IMG/VR virus record: IMGVR_UViG_3300031548_000003
Location: 9,521 to 73,520 of that record
DNA from: a virus
Lineage: Duplodnaviria > Caudoviricetes
Length of the DNA stretch: 64,000 nt
Strand: one strand, 5' to 3'
Shown: one piece after another, positions 30,324-40,399 of the stretch
How the letters are laid out: each line of letters starts with the position of its first letter
How positions within the stretch are numbered: the first letter of the stretch is position 1
Position numbers and translations under genes: made by a program
Notes under the pieces: model-generated
The model's input: only the letters and a program-made list of their open reading frames with translations
Told to the model about the DNA's origin: nothing
Databases searched by the model: none

Positions 30324-30742
30324 TAGTTGCTTGGGATTAAAAGGACTTTCTTTTTCGTTTGGTTCACGTTTAGTTAGGTTTTAGTTTGTCCACTTCCACA
30401 GCTACATTTTTTTTCATTTGGAACTTCAAGTACTTGCACTCCACAATGGTCTGCGTTATCCCAAAGTGTAGAATCATCACAGTTAAGAATCTCAAGAAGG
30501 TGCTTTGCTTCCTTTGGTGTGGTCTTTTTAGTGTTGTATATGATTAATGTTCTTTTCATATTTAGTTGAATGATCATTTAATATGATACATGAAATATCA
30601 CTACCAATTCCAGCAAAAGTTCCGCCCCAGAGACCGATAGTAAACGGCTCACAATTCAACCCTTTACACACAAGTACTGCTATTAGTCCGGCAAATACGC
30701 CTAATAAAACTCTAATAATAAATTCCATATTTTTAGTTAAAT

Positions 30743-31504
30743 TTAGTTATTTTCTTTAAATCGAAATGTTGTATAAGAGTGACATTTATCACACTGCTTC
30801 TGAATCTTCTTAACTCCTGCTGCTGTGTATCTTATCTTTGATGTTTTAAAACTATCACCCCCGCAGTTAGGGCAAGTTTCATCTTTGTCCCATCCACCTA
30901 TTGCCCCTAGGTGGGGATGATTTTTAATGTAAGGCTTAATCTTCTCATAGAGTTCTTCCAGAAGTTGAACATCACCTTTATTATAAGTAATCATTTCTTT
31001 AACAGCCGATTCGTCCCCTTTTAGTACCCTTAACCATAACCCCTTACTAGTCTCTATTTTACCCTCCCCTAGTAGGTGTTTACCTAAGTAGTCTAGGCGA
31101 TGAGAGGTAAATGTGGCTATCTTCTTAATTTCTTTCAGAGTATCCAGTTGCAGTATACCAGAAGGAAGAGGATCGAGTCCATGAAAAATTAGTCTGGCAT
31201 TAATTTTACGAGTATCAAAATGCTTGGAATTATGTCCTATTATAATATCGGCCTCTTCAAATACTTCCCTAATCTTTTTTAACACCACCAAGTCATTACT
31301 AACATCCTTCTTGAAGGCTTTAAGATCATCCAGAATTGATGAATTATAAATTGGCTTCTTTCCTAGAAACTTCCAAGCTATACAGATAATAGACCAATCT
31401 TGAAGAATATTATCATGTGGAATACTCTCCGGATATAGAGAGAAGGTTGCCGCCACTGCTGGTAAAGTTTCTATATCAAATAGAACAATTTTAGGTTCCA
31501 TCAA
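30743..31504 (-). CDS. RNase H-like / DnaQ-type 3'-5' exonuclease with C-terminal zinc ribbon (253 aa)
   Basis: 'LFDIET', 'GHNSKHFD', 'YNKGDV' Exo I-III motifs; CxxC...CxxC tail. Confidence 0.75.
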   Translation of the reverse strand: MMEPKIVLFDIETLPAVAATFSLYPESIPHDNILQDWSIICIAWKFLGKKPIYNSSILDDLKAFKKDVSNDLVVLKKIREVFEEADIIIGHNSKHFDTRKINARLIFHGLDPLPSGILQLDTLKEIKKIATFTSHRLDYLGKHLLGEGKIETSKGLWLRVLKGDESAVKEMITYNKGDVQLLEELYEKIKPYIKNHPHLGAIGGWDKDETCPNCGGDSFKTSKIRYTAAGVKKIQKQCDKCHSYTTFRFKENN

Positions 31505-31756
31505 TCTTTATTATCGCATTGTTCAAGCACATCTGCCATTGCATCCCTTAATTCTTTAAGATGCGCTATCAATTTATCCACCTTATCTACACCTCTTTGA
31601 TTGGCTAGACTGAGGTACAGATTAATATAATCTCTACCATCTCTGATTGATAAGTTAGCTTGAGGATATTCTCCGTCTTCTACCTTAGAGAGTATAGAAA
31701 AGTCATCAGAATAGTCGTGGACCCAAGTAGATTTATTATGTATTATTTCCATAAGT

Positions 31757-32416
31757 TTATCGGTCTAAATCATTCACAATTCTTCTTTCTGCCTCTCTTA
31801 CTGTTGATACAATTGCTGTCATCAAATCTTCATAATCCTCGGAAGTCCTTCTATCTTCTCCTGAATAATTATCTAAGGCCCGAAACGCTCGACAGATGTT
31901 TACACTAAGCCCTCTATCTCTATCTAGCTCTAACCTGGATACAGTATCATTTACTTGATAAAGATTATTGTCGTACAGTGCCTCTACAACGTCCATTAGC
32001 ACTTCTGCCTGGATTGTATTAATGTTATAGAGTTGTGATACTTTATTGATAAAGTTTTGAAGAAATTGTTTTTCATCAATCTCTTGGCGTTGCATTGCAA
32101 TCACCAGATTATTTATTGGTTGCTCTTGCGGTTCCATCCAATTTATTATTTTGTCTAAATCTTCGTCTTCAATGTTGAAATCAAGGAGGTTTTCTTTCGT
32201 TAGGGTGTGGATCTTAGAACTATAGGAGAAGTCGCTTGAATCAGCATTCAACTCTTGAATCATCACCGCCCTATTCTCAGTTAGACCTATAGTATAGGTA
32301 TTGTCATTCTGATTATAGAATGATTTATAGACTCTGCCTTCTTTAGGATGACCTTCGTAGATTACTGTATGTTCTAGGTTAGTCCATTTAAATTTTTCTA
32401 TGAAGAGGAATGTCAT
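31757..32416 (-). CDS. Hypothetical protein (219 aa)
   Basis: Clean ORF in an overlapping-gene operon; no motif recognised. Confidence 0.5.
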   Translation of the reverse strand: MTFLFIEKFKWTNLEHTVIYEGHPKEGRVYKSFYNQNDNTYTIGLTENRAVMIQELNADSSDFSYSSKIHTLTKENLLDFNIEDEDLDKIINWMEPQEQPINNLVIAMQRQEIDEKQFLQNFINKVSQLYNINTIQAEVLMDVVEALYDNNLYQVNDTVSRLELDRDRGLSVNICRAFRALDNYSGEDRRTSEDYEDLMTAIVSTVREAERRIVNDLDR

Positions 32417-32597
32417 TAGGGGTTCTTTTTCTCGTTTAGGTCTGATATGTGGAACTCTAGAAATAACAAAGCTTTGTAAGAACTCAATCTGTTATTGTAA
32501 CAATTTTTAAAGTACTCTACATGTTCAAACAGAATCTCATCTGAGTATTTAAATTCATGACTTCTAATACCCACATTTATTAGATATTGTTTGAAAG

Positions 32598-33266
32598 TCA
32601 TAACTTTGCTTTGTTCATCATAAAACTATCTAGTGTAGAAAGAGATTCTTCTCCTTCGGTTGGTAAATCAGCAACAGTATAGGTAGGAATCTGAAGAGGT
32701 TTCTCGATGTTCAGAGTAGCCTCTAGTTTCTTGGCTGATTCAAGAAGTCCAGGCAACTTTTCTCCAAGTTCCTGTGCTATCTTTAAAGTCTTAGGATCTG
32801 TAATCTTTACTTCTTTTCCTTTTGAATCAACCACTACCTTACCCTTTACTACCATTGGTATTTTCTTGTCTGTTTTCAGGAAATCTTTTATCTCCTGGAT
32901 TTGAGAATATAATGTTCTAAGTGTATCCTCATCCTCATCAAACTGAATTTCTCTGTATTTTTTGATTGCTGCTTCAATCACCTCAACCTCTCCTCCTACT
33001 ACACTTCTGCCATTTCTATCAAGCCTTTTACCTTCCATTAGGTAACCGGCTAGTTTAGCCGCTTCTTCTCTTCTTTGCTTTTCTGGAAGAGTACGTAAAG
33101 GACTTTTCTTGTCTGAGAAAAGTATAACAAACTTTATCCTCCTATCCCTAACCTCCGGTGTTCTTGCATTAATATCAGGGTCATCCAGCTTTGCGAATTC
33201 AGGTATTGAATGAAGCCCTGGGTTTAGATCAAATACGTTATCAGTTTGATTAATTTTAAACAGCAT
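32598..33266 (-). CDS. Conserved helical protein, possible terminase small subunit (222 aa)
   Basis: Resembles the conserved crAss-like protein found upstream of terL ('FSDKKSPLR...IEAAIKKY'); assignment tentative. Confidence 0.35.
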   Translation of the reverse strand: MLFKINQTDNVFDLNPGLHSIPEFAKLDDPDINARTPEVRDRRIKFVILFSDKKSPLRTLPEKQRREEAAKLAGYLMEGKRLDRNGRSVVGGEVEVIEAAIKKYREIQFDEDEDTLRTLYSQIQEIKDFLKTDKKIPMVVKGKVVVDSKGKEVKITDPKTLKIAQELGEKLPGLLESAKKLEATLNIEKPLQIPTYTVADLPTEGEESLSTLDSFMMNKAKL

Positions 33267-33879
33267 TACTCAGTAGTCTGAGGTTCATTGAACTTCTTAT
33301 ACTTTGCGATTTTGGTATCAAGTTCAGTAACAACCTTATTTAGGTTAGTAAGTTGATCCTCAAGTTGTTTTATTCTTAATGCAGCTTCATCGAACGACTT
33401 CTTGAGTCTTTCTTTCCGTACTACATGATCGTAATGAAGTATTTCTTTAAGTATACCGTCTGCTTGAGCAGATGAATTCTTTTCAATGACTGCTTTAAAT
33501 TCTTGTTCCATGTTTATAATTGTTTAATTATCTTTAAATACTTCTCCAACCTCTCTTCACTCATATCATTGACTTTATCAAATGCTTCTGAGTTGTTAGT
33601 TTTCTTCGTTCTCTTTAGTATCTCTTTAATAAGAGTAGTTTTGTTTTTAGTCATTAGGGGTATTTTTCTCGTTTGGTTGACCGATGGTATGACCCTCAAC
33701 TTTATCATAGCCAGACCAGTATCCTGATCTATGCTTATTTAAAAATCCATGATTAGCTGAATGATTCTTCATTTCGTTAAAATCAAAAAATATTTGATAC
33801 CCCTCAATATCAGTTTCAAACTGAATTACTTCTGCACAACTCCAATACCAAATCCAATAGTTTTTGTTTGGAAAATCCC

Positions 33880-34251
33880 TCATAACAATGCAATTACAAT
33901 TAATACTCCTGTTCCAATAAGTGATAATGTCTTTAACACCCGCTGCTTACGGGCATCTTTCTTAGCTAGCTTCAATTCCCTATTAAGGATATCCATTTCC
34001 TCATCTTTTAGTTTAACTACTTGATTACAGGTAGCTGAGTCCTGCTTGTAGGTTTCTATTATTTTATTCTGGATTAGGAGTTGCTGATTTAAGTTCAAAA
34101 CGATTTCGGTATTAAGGGAATCTTTTCTCGTTAAGACTCGAGCAAGATCATCTCTCTCTAAGAAATACCTGGCAGTCTCTGTAGGTATCGTTACCTGAGC
34201 GGAAGCAAAAAATGGTACACTTCCAAATAGTATAATTAAAAAATACCTCAC
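33880..34251 (-). CDS. Spanin-like membrane protein (123 aa)
   Basis: Signal peptide ending 'ASA-Q', coiled coil, C-terminal hydrophobic helix. Confidence 0.4.
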   Translation of the reverse strand: MRYFLIILFGSVPFFASAQVTIPTETARYFLERDDLARVLTRKDSLNTEIVLNLNQQLLIQNKIIETYKQDSATCNQVVKLKDEEMDILNRELKLAKKDARKQRVLKTLSLIGTGVLIVIALL

Positions 34252-34503
34252 TTCTTTAAGACGTAAGTTGCAATACGCTTACCATCGAGAGCTGCACTCA
34301 GCTCCTTCATTAACTTTTTCAATTCCGCCTTCTTTTCAAGAAGAGCATCTCCGTTTAAACTGTAAGATTGCCCCTCAACCTTTAGGGCAAAGAAAAGACT
34401 ACTTGCTGCTGAATTAATTGATGCACATCCTGCTTCATGAATGTTATCGAATACATCTGGAAAGTCCGACCCTATTGTGTTTCTAAATAATGTGTCCATT
34501 TTG

Positions 34504-34782
34504 TTATTTTTTAAATTCTTCAATTGATATCTTCTTTATAAACTTTACCGTGGACTTTGGTATCCTGGTAATAGCTCCTACTGTTTCACCTTGATTGAAA
34601 AAACTATCCATTAAAATCAAATAGTCGTCGTTGTTCTCTAGCATGAAGCCCACCTGGCTTACTATACCACTTTCGGAATCTACCCAATGAATAGCATCGT
34701 CGATATCTCTCCAACTGGTGTCAGTTGAGATAATGTCTTCCCACTCACAAAAAGTTAATGGATATTTATTAGTATTTGTCAT
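34504..34782 (-). CDS. Conserved phage hypothetical protein (92 aa)
   Basis: 'W-x-D...W...VGF...IP' pattern recurrent in small phage beta-barrel proteins. Confidence 0.4.
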   Translation of the reverse strand: MTNTNKYPLTFCEWEDIISTDTSWRDIDDAIHWVDSESGIVSQVGFMLENNDDYLILMDSFFNQGETVGAITRIPKSTVKFIKKISIEEFKK

Positions 34783-35164
34783 TAGCTCTTCTTATCATTT
34801 CTTGCTCCAGCTCAGCAGCATTTTTTCTTACGTAAGCCCCACGAATCTTCCTGATTTCTTTTAGAAGCTCTTCATTTATTCGAAGAGTGCTTTTATTAAT
34901 CCTATCAATAGAATCAAAACGATTAATAAAATCCAGCCGTTGTCGTTCTGATCTTCTGAAGTTGTATTCGAGTTGTAAGTATTTAGATTCGAAGTCATTT
35001 TTAATTTTGTTTTTATAGAGGTCTTTTTCTCGTTTGAATCTGGCTCCTGTGAATAAGCTAACCCCGAGAAGTACTGTAAGTATTGCAACTGCTATTTTCC
35101 AAATCATATTTTTAAAGATTAGGGGAGGAAAAACCACTAACCTCCCCATGAATCCAAACCACAT
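34769..35164 (-). CDS. Inner-membrane spanin-like protein (real start probably MIWK at 35107)
   Basis: N-terminal transmembrane helix followed by a long coiled coil. Confidence 0.4.
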   Translation of the reverse strand: MWFGFMGRLVVFPPLIFKNMIWKIAVAILTVLLGVSLFTGARFKREKDLYKNKIKNDFESKYLQLEYNFRRSERQRLDFINRFDSIDRINKSTLRINEELLKEIRKIRGAYVRKNAAELEQEMIRRANDKY

Positions 35165-35200
35165 AAACTTGTTTATTACTAAATACGTAAAATAACTAAT

Positions 35201-35671
35201 TTAGTTACATTTAGTTATTTTGGATATGCGTAACAAAATAAAGTACCCCAATAGATCTTGAATACTGTCTTCAGTATCTTCATTTAAGCCTTTATTAGCT
35301 ATTCTTGATAGTTTATCGTTTATCCTGGCTTGAATGGCTGTTACAGGATCAATATTAAATAATATACCGCTCTTTAAAGCTGAATCGCCGTACATAGCAT
35401 TCTTCTTTAGAAGAAGTTCTTTTAGCTCATCACATTCTTTTATTATTAAATCTCTTGAACTAAGGGGCTTGTTCTCGTTTAGGTCTGAATGTGTCTCATC
35501 ATATCCTAATTCTGTAGGCTCCAGATACAAAAAATTATCTCCATTTTGTACCAAATATTCACCCAATATATCATTACAAGTTATAATTTTGACTACTTGT
35601 CCAATATTAAGTCCATGACGAGTTACGTCATTTACAACCCTGACCCTGTCTCCTTCCTTAAATTTTAGCAT
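35201..35671 (-). CDS. SH3/KOW-like N-terminus + DUF1599-like (nucleotide-modification-associated) domain (156 aa)
   Basis: 'LLKKNAMYGDS...RINDKLSRI...EDSIQDLLGY' pattern. Confidence 0.6.
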   Translation of the reverse strand: MLKFKEGDRVRVVNDVTRHGLNIGQVVKIITCNDILGEYLVQNGDNFLYLEPTELGYDETHSDLNENKPLSSRDLIIKECDELKELLLKKNAMYGDSALKSGILFNIDPVTAIQARINDKLSRIANKGLNEDTEDSIQDLLGYFILLRISKITKCN

Positions 35672-36043
35672 GTTCTTTCATTTTAATTAAATAATGCTCG
35701 ATTAGTTCGAGCAATAATCTAGTTTGATCGGATACTTCTTTACCATAAGTAGCTACCAGATTCTTATCAGCCTTTTCAGTGAAATATCTTAAATCACTAA
35801 TGTCTACATACCCATCAATTTCTCTGAAAGAAGTCGTCTCCTCAATCAAATCATAATCTGCTCTTCCAGAGAGACAGGAGGCTACAAAAGCAGTCATCGT
35901 ACGTAGCCTGCGTAAATAATATCCGTATTTAGATAAATCATGATTATAGAACTCAATCTCCTTCTTTATGCTTTCAAGAGTAGTGATTTCAAATAGAAGA
36001 TCAATCAACTCCTCGGCTAGTAATCTTTGTGTGTTGGCTATTT

Positions 36044-36223
36044 TCATGAGGCCCAAGCTAAAGCTATGAGCGTTCCTATCGCTCCCATTGTTATCCCTAA
36101 TCCGATATAGTGACGTATTTTCTTTTTTACACAAAAAGCCAAGTAAAGGGATAGTCCTCTAGCCTCTTCATCTTGCATGTAATCTCTACAACCTTCGTAG
36201 AAATATTGTTCTAGGGGTTTCAT
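36044..36223 (-). CDS. Small membrane protein (59 aa), absent from the ORF track
   Basis: Translated by hand: MKPLEQYF...IGLGITMGAIGTLIALAWAS*. Its stop overlaps the ATG at 36047, the likely true start of the next gene. Confidence 0.5.
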   Translation of the reverse strand: MKPLEQYFYEGCRDYMQDEEARGLSLYLAFCVKKKIRHYIGLGITMGAIGTLIALAWAS

Positions 36224-36225
36224 TT

Positions 36226-36417
36226 TTAGTTTGGTTCTAATGATTCAGATAATGGCATCCAGTGAGTAGGGGTATGATAAACGTACATTGACCCGTCAGG
36301 CGAAAACCAAATATTGCCATGTCTTTCAAGATTTGTAACAACTCGCCTTTTACTCTGTAAAACTTGTACTATAACACCATCATCTGGCAACCTGTCTTTA
36401 ACGCTGATCCAATTCAT
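36226..36417 (-). CDS. DUF551-like phage protein (63 aa)
   Basis: 'WISVKDRLP...THWMPL' signature. Confidence 0.7.
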   Translation of the reverse strand: MNWISVKDRLPDDGVIVQVLQSKRRVVTNLERHGNIWFSPDGSMYVYHTPTHWMPLSESLEPN

Positions 36418-36758
36418 AAACTCTTAATTATTATTGAATACAATTTCCTTCGATATGGTTTAAGCGGGGCTAGGAAGAATGCAAAATTCCCTTTTATATC
36501 TTGAACAAACGTCAAGTAGTAAGCTTGATCTTGATGAAGAATATCAATGAAGACGTCTTGTGCTACAGGAATCAATGCCAATGTGTCTTCCCAGGTAATG
36601 AATCCTAAGTTTCCCTTCTCAAAAACAATCATCACTCGCTCTGTACTGTGCTGGACAGAATCAACTAAATTAGTTGGAATTTTAGTTATTTTAACAGTAA
36701 TAAGTAAAGGCTGCCCTAAGCATAAATTAGAAAGCAATATGAAAGCTAGAATTCTCAA
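36414..36758 (-). CDS. Secreted protein with Sec signal peptide (114 aa)
   Basis: 'MRILAFILLSNLCLG-Q'. Confidence 0.5.
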   Translation of the reverse strand: MRILAFILLSNLCLGQPLLITVKITKIPTNLVDSVQHSTERVMIVFEKGNLGFITWEDTLALIPVAQDVFIDILHQDQAYYLTFVQDIKGNFAFFLAPLKPYRRKLYSIIIKSL

Positions 36759-36835
36759 GCTACCTTATTATAAGTTGGACTCAAAAATATCTGGCTTGCC
36801 CCATTGAAGTATTGGGGCTGGCTTCTTTCTGTATT

Positions 36836-37153
36836 TCATTGCTCGATATAAAGAATAAATTTATAAAGTCCTTTGCTTTCAGGTTCAAAGATTACTACGG
36901 TGTTACCCGCGATTACTTTGGCAGTAATTATATATTTAGCTCCATTTTTATCAGAACATATCCACTTAGATTTAGACTCTTTCTTTATTAAGAAGAGTTC
37001 AAGTGTGTAGTCTTTGGTAGTTAAAGAGACTTTTTTCTCGTTTAGGTCGAAAGATGTTGATTGGACTTTATCTAAAAGATAACCATCCTGATAAATCTCA
37101 ACATCCTGAGCTAAACAGGAAAAAGAAATTAAAAGAAGGATAAAAGTTTTCAT
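36836..37153 (-). CDS. Secreted protein with Sec signal peptide (105 aa)
   Basis: 'MKTFILLLISFSCLA-Q'. Confidence 0.5.
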   Translation of the reverse strand: MKTFILLLISFSCLAQDVEIYQDGYLLDKVQSTSFDLNEKKVSLTTKDYTLELFLIKKESKSKWICSDKNGAKYIITAKVIAGNTVVIFEPESKGLYKFILYIEQ

Positions 37154-37330
37154 CTAACAATTTCAATATCTTCCCATAGAATCTCGCCTGTAGAAGATTC
37201 TATTTTTTGTTGTAACACTTGTGCGAATTTTACTAAACTGGATGGGTCTTCAATCACTTTCCATCTTAAGTGCATTGTCCTTCTCCATATTTCAGACTCA
37301 GTAGTATAGGTTGGTAAAACCGAATCCATC

Positions 37331-37570
37331 TTACTTAGCTTTGCCTGTTTTTCTTATTGTAGTCCCTTTTCCTTTCCGGGTCCCACCATAAGTCATTGCG
37401 GTAGGTTTAGGAGTGTAATTTAGTTTACTTTTCCCTGAACCTAAAGATGATTTGTTCATTCCTGAATCTACATAAGATGCGCCGTTCCAGGATGGAAACG
37501 GTTGATTATGAGCTTTTTTGTATGTCTTAGCTACTTTAGCTAGAGACGGGGATTTTGGTTTCTTTGCCAT
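37331..37570 (-). CDS. Small Lys-rich basic protein (79 aa)
   Basis: Highly basic and disordered-looking; candidate late-promoter motif 14 nt upstream. Confidence 0.5.
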   Translation of the reverse strand: MAKKPKSPSLAKVAKTYKKAHNQPFPSWNGASYVDSGMNKSSLGSGKSKLNYTPKPTAMTYGGTRKGKGTTIRKTGKAK

Positions 37571-37613
37571 GTTTAGTTGTTTACAAATCTTGTACCGTAA
37601 TTTAACGACATAT

Positions 37614-38093
37614 TTAGGTATTTTGTTTCAAAATATCATCAAAACTTATAGGCTTATACCCTATTCTTTTTGCATCTACATTGAAATATCGAGCATCATT
37701 TAGCTCTACTTCATGTATATGGGCATGAATATTCATTTTTACTCTATACTCAAACTCAATAGGGTGCACCGGAATATGAGTTAACCAGTATTCGTTCTTA
37801 TACCGGAACGGACCGCTTACTTTATCAACATATTTTAAAAGAAATGGTACGTGCTGGGGTTGATCATGATTTCCAAGCACAACATGTTTGTACCCGTTAA
37901 GCCTTTCGAAGAAATCATAATTTGACTTCTCCATAGTTATATCTCCAAGTATAAAGACCTTATCTCGTTTGGAAACTGTATTATTCCAGTTTTCAAAGAT
38001 AAGTGAATCATGCTGATAGCTACAGCCAAACCCTCTAGTCTTTGCCATGTTTTCATGACCTATGTGTAAGCAACCTATTATAAATACACTCAT
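37614..38093 (-). CDS. Calcineurin-like metallophosphoesterase (159 aa)
   Basis: 'CLHIGH', 'LGDI', 'LGNHD', 'LTHIP', 'IHAHIH' motifs; the first Asp of the usual DxH appears as Cys. Confidence 0.8.
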   Translation of the reverse strand: MSVFIIGCLHIGHENMAKTRGFGCSYQHDSLIFENWNNTVSKRDKVFILGDITMEKSNYDFFERLNGYKHVVLGNHDQPQHVPFLLKYVDKVSGPFRYKNEYWLTHIPVHPIEFEYRVKMNIHAHIHEVELNDARYFNVDAKRIGYKPISFDDILKQNT

Positions 38094-38769
38094 TTTATTA
38101 AAAATAAACTCAATCCTGTTAGTAACATTTCTGCTGGACTACCTTCATGTATTTGTGTTAGTTCACTATTAGTTCTTCTAAATACTTCTTTTCCATTCTT
38201 CCATACTACAAAGCACCAATCACCTGTTTCTAGTTCTATTTCGTCAGGTCCGTAGTAGGCTTTAAACTTAGGAGTTTCTATTCCTGCTTGATTTTCAGAA
38301 GAGTAAATAAGAGGCACCATAGCTTAATCGTTTCCGTATCTGCTACACACCTCACTTTTCAAATTCTCTATTGTATCTGATACAATCAGATCAGTTACAC
38401 TTCCGTACTGCCATACATTACAGTACCATTTATTATCTTTGAAGAAAACATTACCAAAGAAATTCCATCCAGGATACTCAGCAACTTCTCCTGATGCTTT
38501 TATTCTCTCAACCACATCATAATCTATGACATGGTCTGAATTACTCATTATTGTTTCCATAAATTTTTCTGTAATAAATACACCATCATTTGAATGCCTC
38601 ATATTTAATAGTGTCTAAATTCCACTCCTCAATAAGTCCCCTTATCCCTTCTAGTTTTTCACCATATATAGTTAAATTTTTAGATGCTTTTCAGCTTTTT
38701 CTCTAGTTGAATAAACCGCTACAACTTCTTTCCCCTCATAGTCATGATCACGGAATAAGATGAATAATT

Positions 38770-39165
38770 TCATAATATAAGTTTTAATGCTTCAAGCAAG
38801 CCTTGTTCTAGAGCTTCTTCATAGGTATCAAAGTTCTCCCAGTGAGACGGAGACTCGGCTGAAGTACTGACTAGCATCTTCCAGAATTCAAAACCCCACC
38901 CAGCCTTACCATCGCTACGTCCAAAGTAATCAACTGAGATATGAATCTGATGAACATCTCTTAGCCATTTTTGAAGAAGACTCTGGGTAGGTGCAGCCCA
39001 GATATGATCAGAAGAATAGTCTGAATCACTATTCCATTTAACCTCACTATTATCTAAAACTCCATGACATAGCTCATCATTGTAATAGTAGCTCCAGGTA
39101 TGCTCATCGAACCCTTTCTCCTTAGCTAGGGTAGCTGTTTCTTTAGTTACTAATTGTTCAGTCAT
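38770..39165 (-). CDS. Conserved Bacteroidota-phage hypothetical protein (131 aa)
   Basis: 'AKEKGF...APTQSLLQKWLR...FDTYEEALE-x-GL-x-EALKLI' pattern. Confidence 0.55.
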   Translation of the reverse strand: MTEQLVTKETATLAKEKGFDEHTWSYYYNDELCHGVLDNSEVKWNSDSDYSSDHIWAAPTQSLLQKWLRDVHQIHISVDYFGRSDGKAGWGFEFWKMLVSTSAESPSHWENFDTYEEALEQGLLEALKLIL

Positions 39166-39202
39166 CTTTTAAAGATTATTTTGATACTTTTAATGGGATA
39201 TT

Positions 39203-39613
39203 TCACTCTTCTATAGATAATTCTTCACTTGTTAATACAAAGTATAAGTTTTGAAGTTGGTGGACGTAATTAATCCATTTGAATGTAGCAGCAATATGAT
39301 GACTTGCGTGATCGCAACTATGTGTGAATCCGAATCCACCGAGATAAGTATTTTCAGGTGGCGTTTCTGTATAGAACAGAAGAACGGACTTCTTTGCCCA
39401 ATATGGATTATTAACATTCTCAATCCACCCACGACTCATCTTGAGAAATCCAAACCTCAGCAACCATTCTTCGGTGAGGGGGATAGGCTGGAACATTGGC
39501 TTCATTAGAGTTGAATACTCAAAGTTTGTTATATCGTTTGCGGACAAGGGGTATGCTTCACTGGTCTTCGCTTTAAAAGCAATATTCCCTATCCTTAAAT
39601 CTGATGCTTTCAT
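39203..39613 (-). CDS. Conserved Bacteroidota-phage hypothetical protein, YopX-like (136 aa)
   Basis: 'DLRIGN...PIPLTEEWLLRFGF...YVHQLQNLYF'. Confidence 0.55.
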   Translation of the reverse strand: MKASDLRIGNIAFKAKTSEAYPLSANDITNFEYSTLMKPMFQPIPLTEEWLLRFGFLKMSRGWIENVNNPYWAKKSVLLFYTETPPENTYLGGFGFTHSCDHASHHIAATFKWINYVHQLQNLYFVLTSEELSIEE

Positions 39614-39656
39614 AATTTAGTTAAACGTATTTAGATAAATTAAGTTACAGTTTTTG

Positions 39657-39990
39657 CAGAGACAATGCTTGATTTGTAACTACAAAGAATAAAGTAATTA
39701 CCCCTGCCTGTGATATTTAAGATTTGAGATAAATTGCCTATGATCATGAATCATTACCGGGGAAACCGAATATCTAAGGTAAATGGATCACGGGGTAGGC
39801 CGTACTCATTTGGTAATGGCATTAATTATAGGTCTTTGTAGTGCTCGTTCCAAGCATCGGGGGGATGCAAGTTTAGCTCAGACTGCGTGCTATATAGGTG
39901 ACCCTACTCTAATCATTAAGATAGGTATTTGTCCAGAATACAACGATTAGAAAAGTAGGGTCAATATTTTATTACTCTGGACTAGAGTAA
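39657..39990 (+). ncRNA. Candidate ~330-nt structured RNA, family unknown
   Basis: ORF-free, with many nested helices: 39665-71/39851-57, 39679-88/39833-42, 39707-14/39787-94, 39900-08/39954-62, 39909-14/39945-50, 39972-78/39984-90. Strand inferred from a G-U pair and an upstream promoter-like motif. Confidence 0.5.
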
Positions 39991-40045
39991 CCTCTCAATA
40001 TCTATGCCGAAATTTAGTTAATTTTTAGTAACTTCAGTTCTTAGA

Positions 40046-40134
40046 GTTGGTAGAAACAGTACCAAGAGAATCGCCACTCTTTTATGACACAAAGTCATTT
40101 TGGTTTTACCGATATGCCGAATTACACTACCAAC
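40046..40134 (-). ncRNA. Structured element D (89 nt)
   Basis: 8-bp terminal inverted repeat gttggtag / ctaccaac enclosing hairpins ATGAC/GTCAT and AAGAG/CTCTT. Confidence 0.45.
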
Positions 40135-40147
40135 CTAAAAACTTTCA

Positions 40148-40318
40148 ATTATTCTACCTAGTTTCGCCCCCTGTATCCCCAGCTATCCACTTTATCAGTG
40201 TGGTGCTAAGAAGATGTTTAAGGTACGCCTTAACGACACTTGCTGATGTGGAGGTGTACCTAAGACCGTTTTAGCCTTCATCCAACAAGTTTGAGGGAGC
40301 CATCCCTATAAGAATAAT
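40148..40318 (-). ncRNA. Structured element C (171 nt)
   Basis: 8-bp terminal inverted repeat attattct / agaataat; internal GGGA/TCCC, AGGTAC/GTACCT and CCAC/GTGG helices; begins 3 nt after tRNA-Thr. Confidence 0.5.
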
Positions 40319-40321
40319 CTG

Positions 40322-40394
40322 AGCACCATCGTGGATTCGAACCACGTTCTTCCCGTCTACAAGACAGGGCTTCACCATTCAAAGCTTATGGTAC
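40322..40394 (-). tRNA. trnT: tRNA-Thr(UGU), slightly atypical
   Basis: Acceptor GTACCAT/ATGGTGC; anticodon arm CCTGT-CTTGTAG-ACGGG; T arm CGTGG-TTCGAAT-CCACG. D-arm junction non-canonical; no encoded CCA. Confidence 0.7.
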
Positions 40395-40399
40395 TTTTG

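Noticed and set aside
39657-39990. RNase P RNA or group II intron remnant
   Set aside because: No GAGGAAAGUCC-type P4 motif and no domain V; only a short resemblance (gaccctac).
40148-40318. Hammerhead or HDV-like (theta) ribozyme downstream of tRNA-Thr (CTGATAA, CGAAAC and GGCTAA are present)
   Set aside because: CTGATAA lacks the conserved G8 and is tied up in a hairpin, and I could not build the HDV P1/P2 pseudoknot by eye. Not supported, though a covariance search is still worthwhile.
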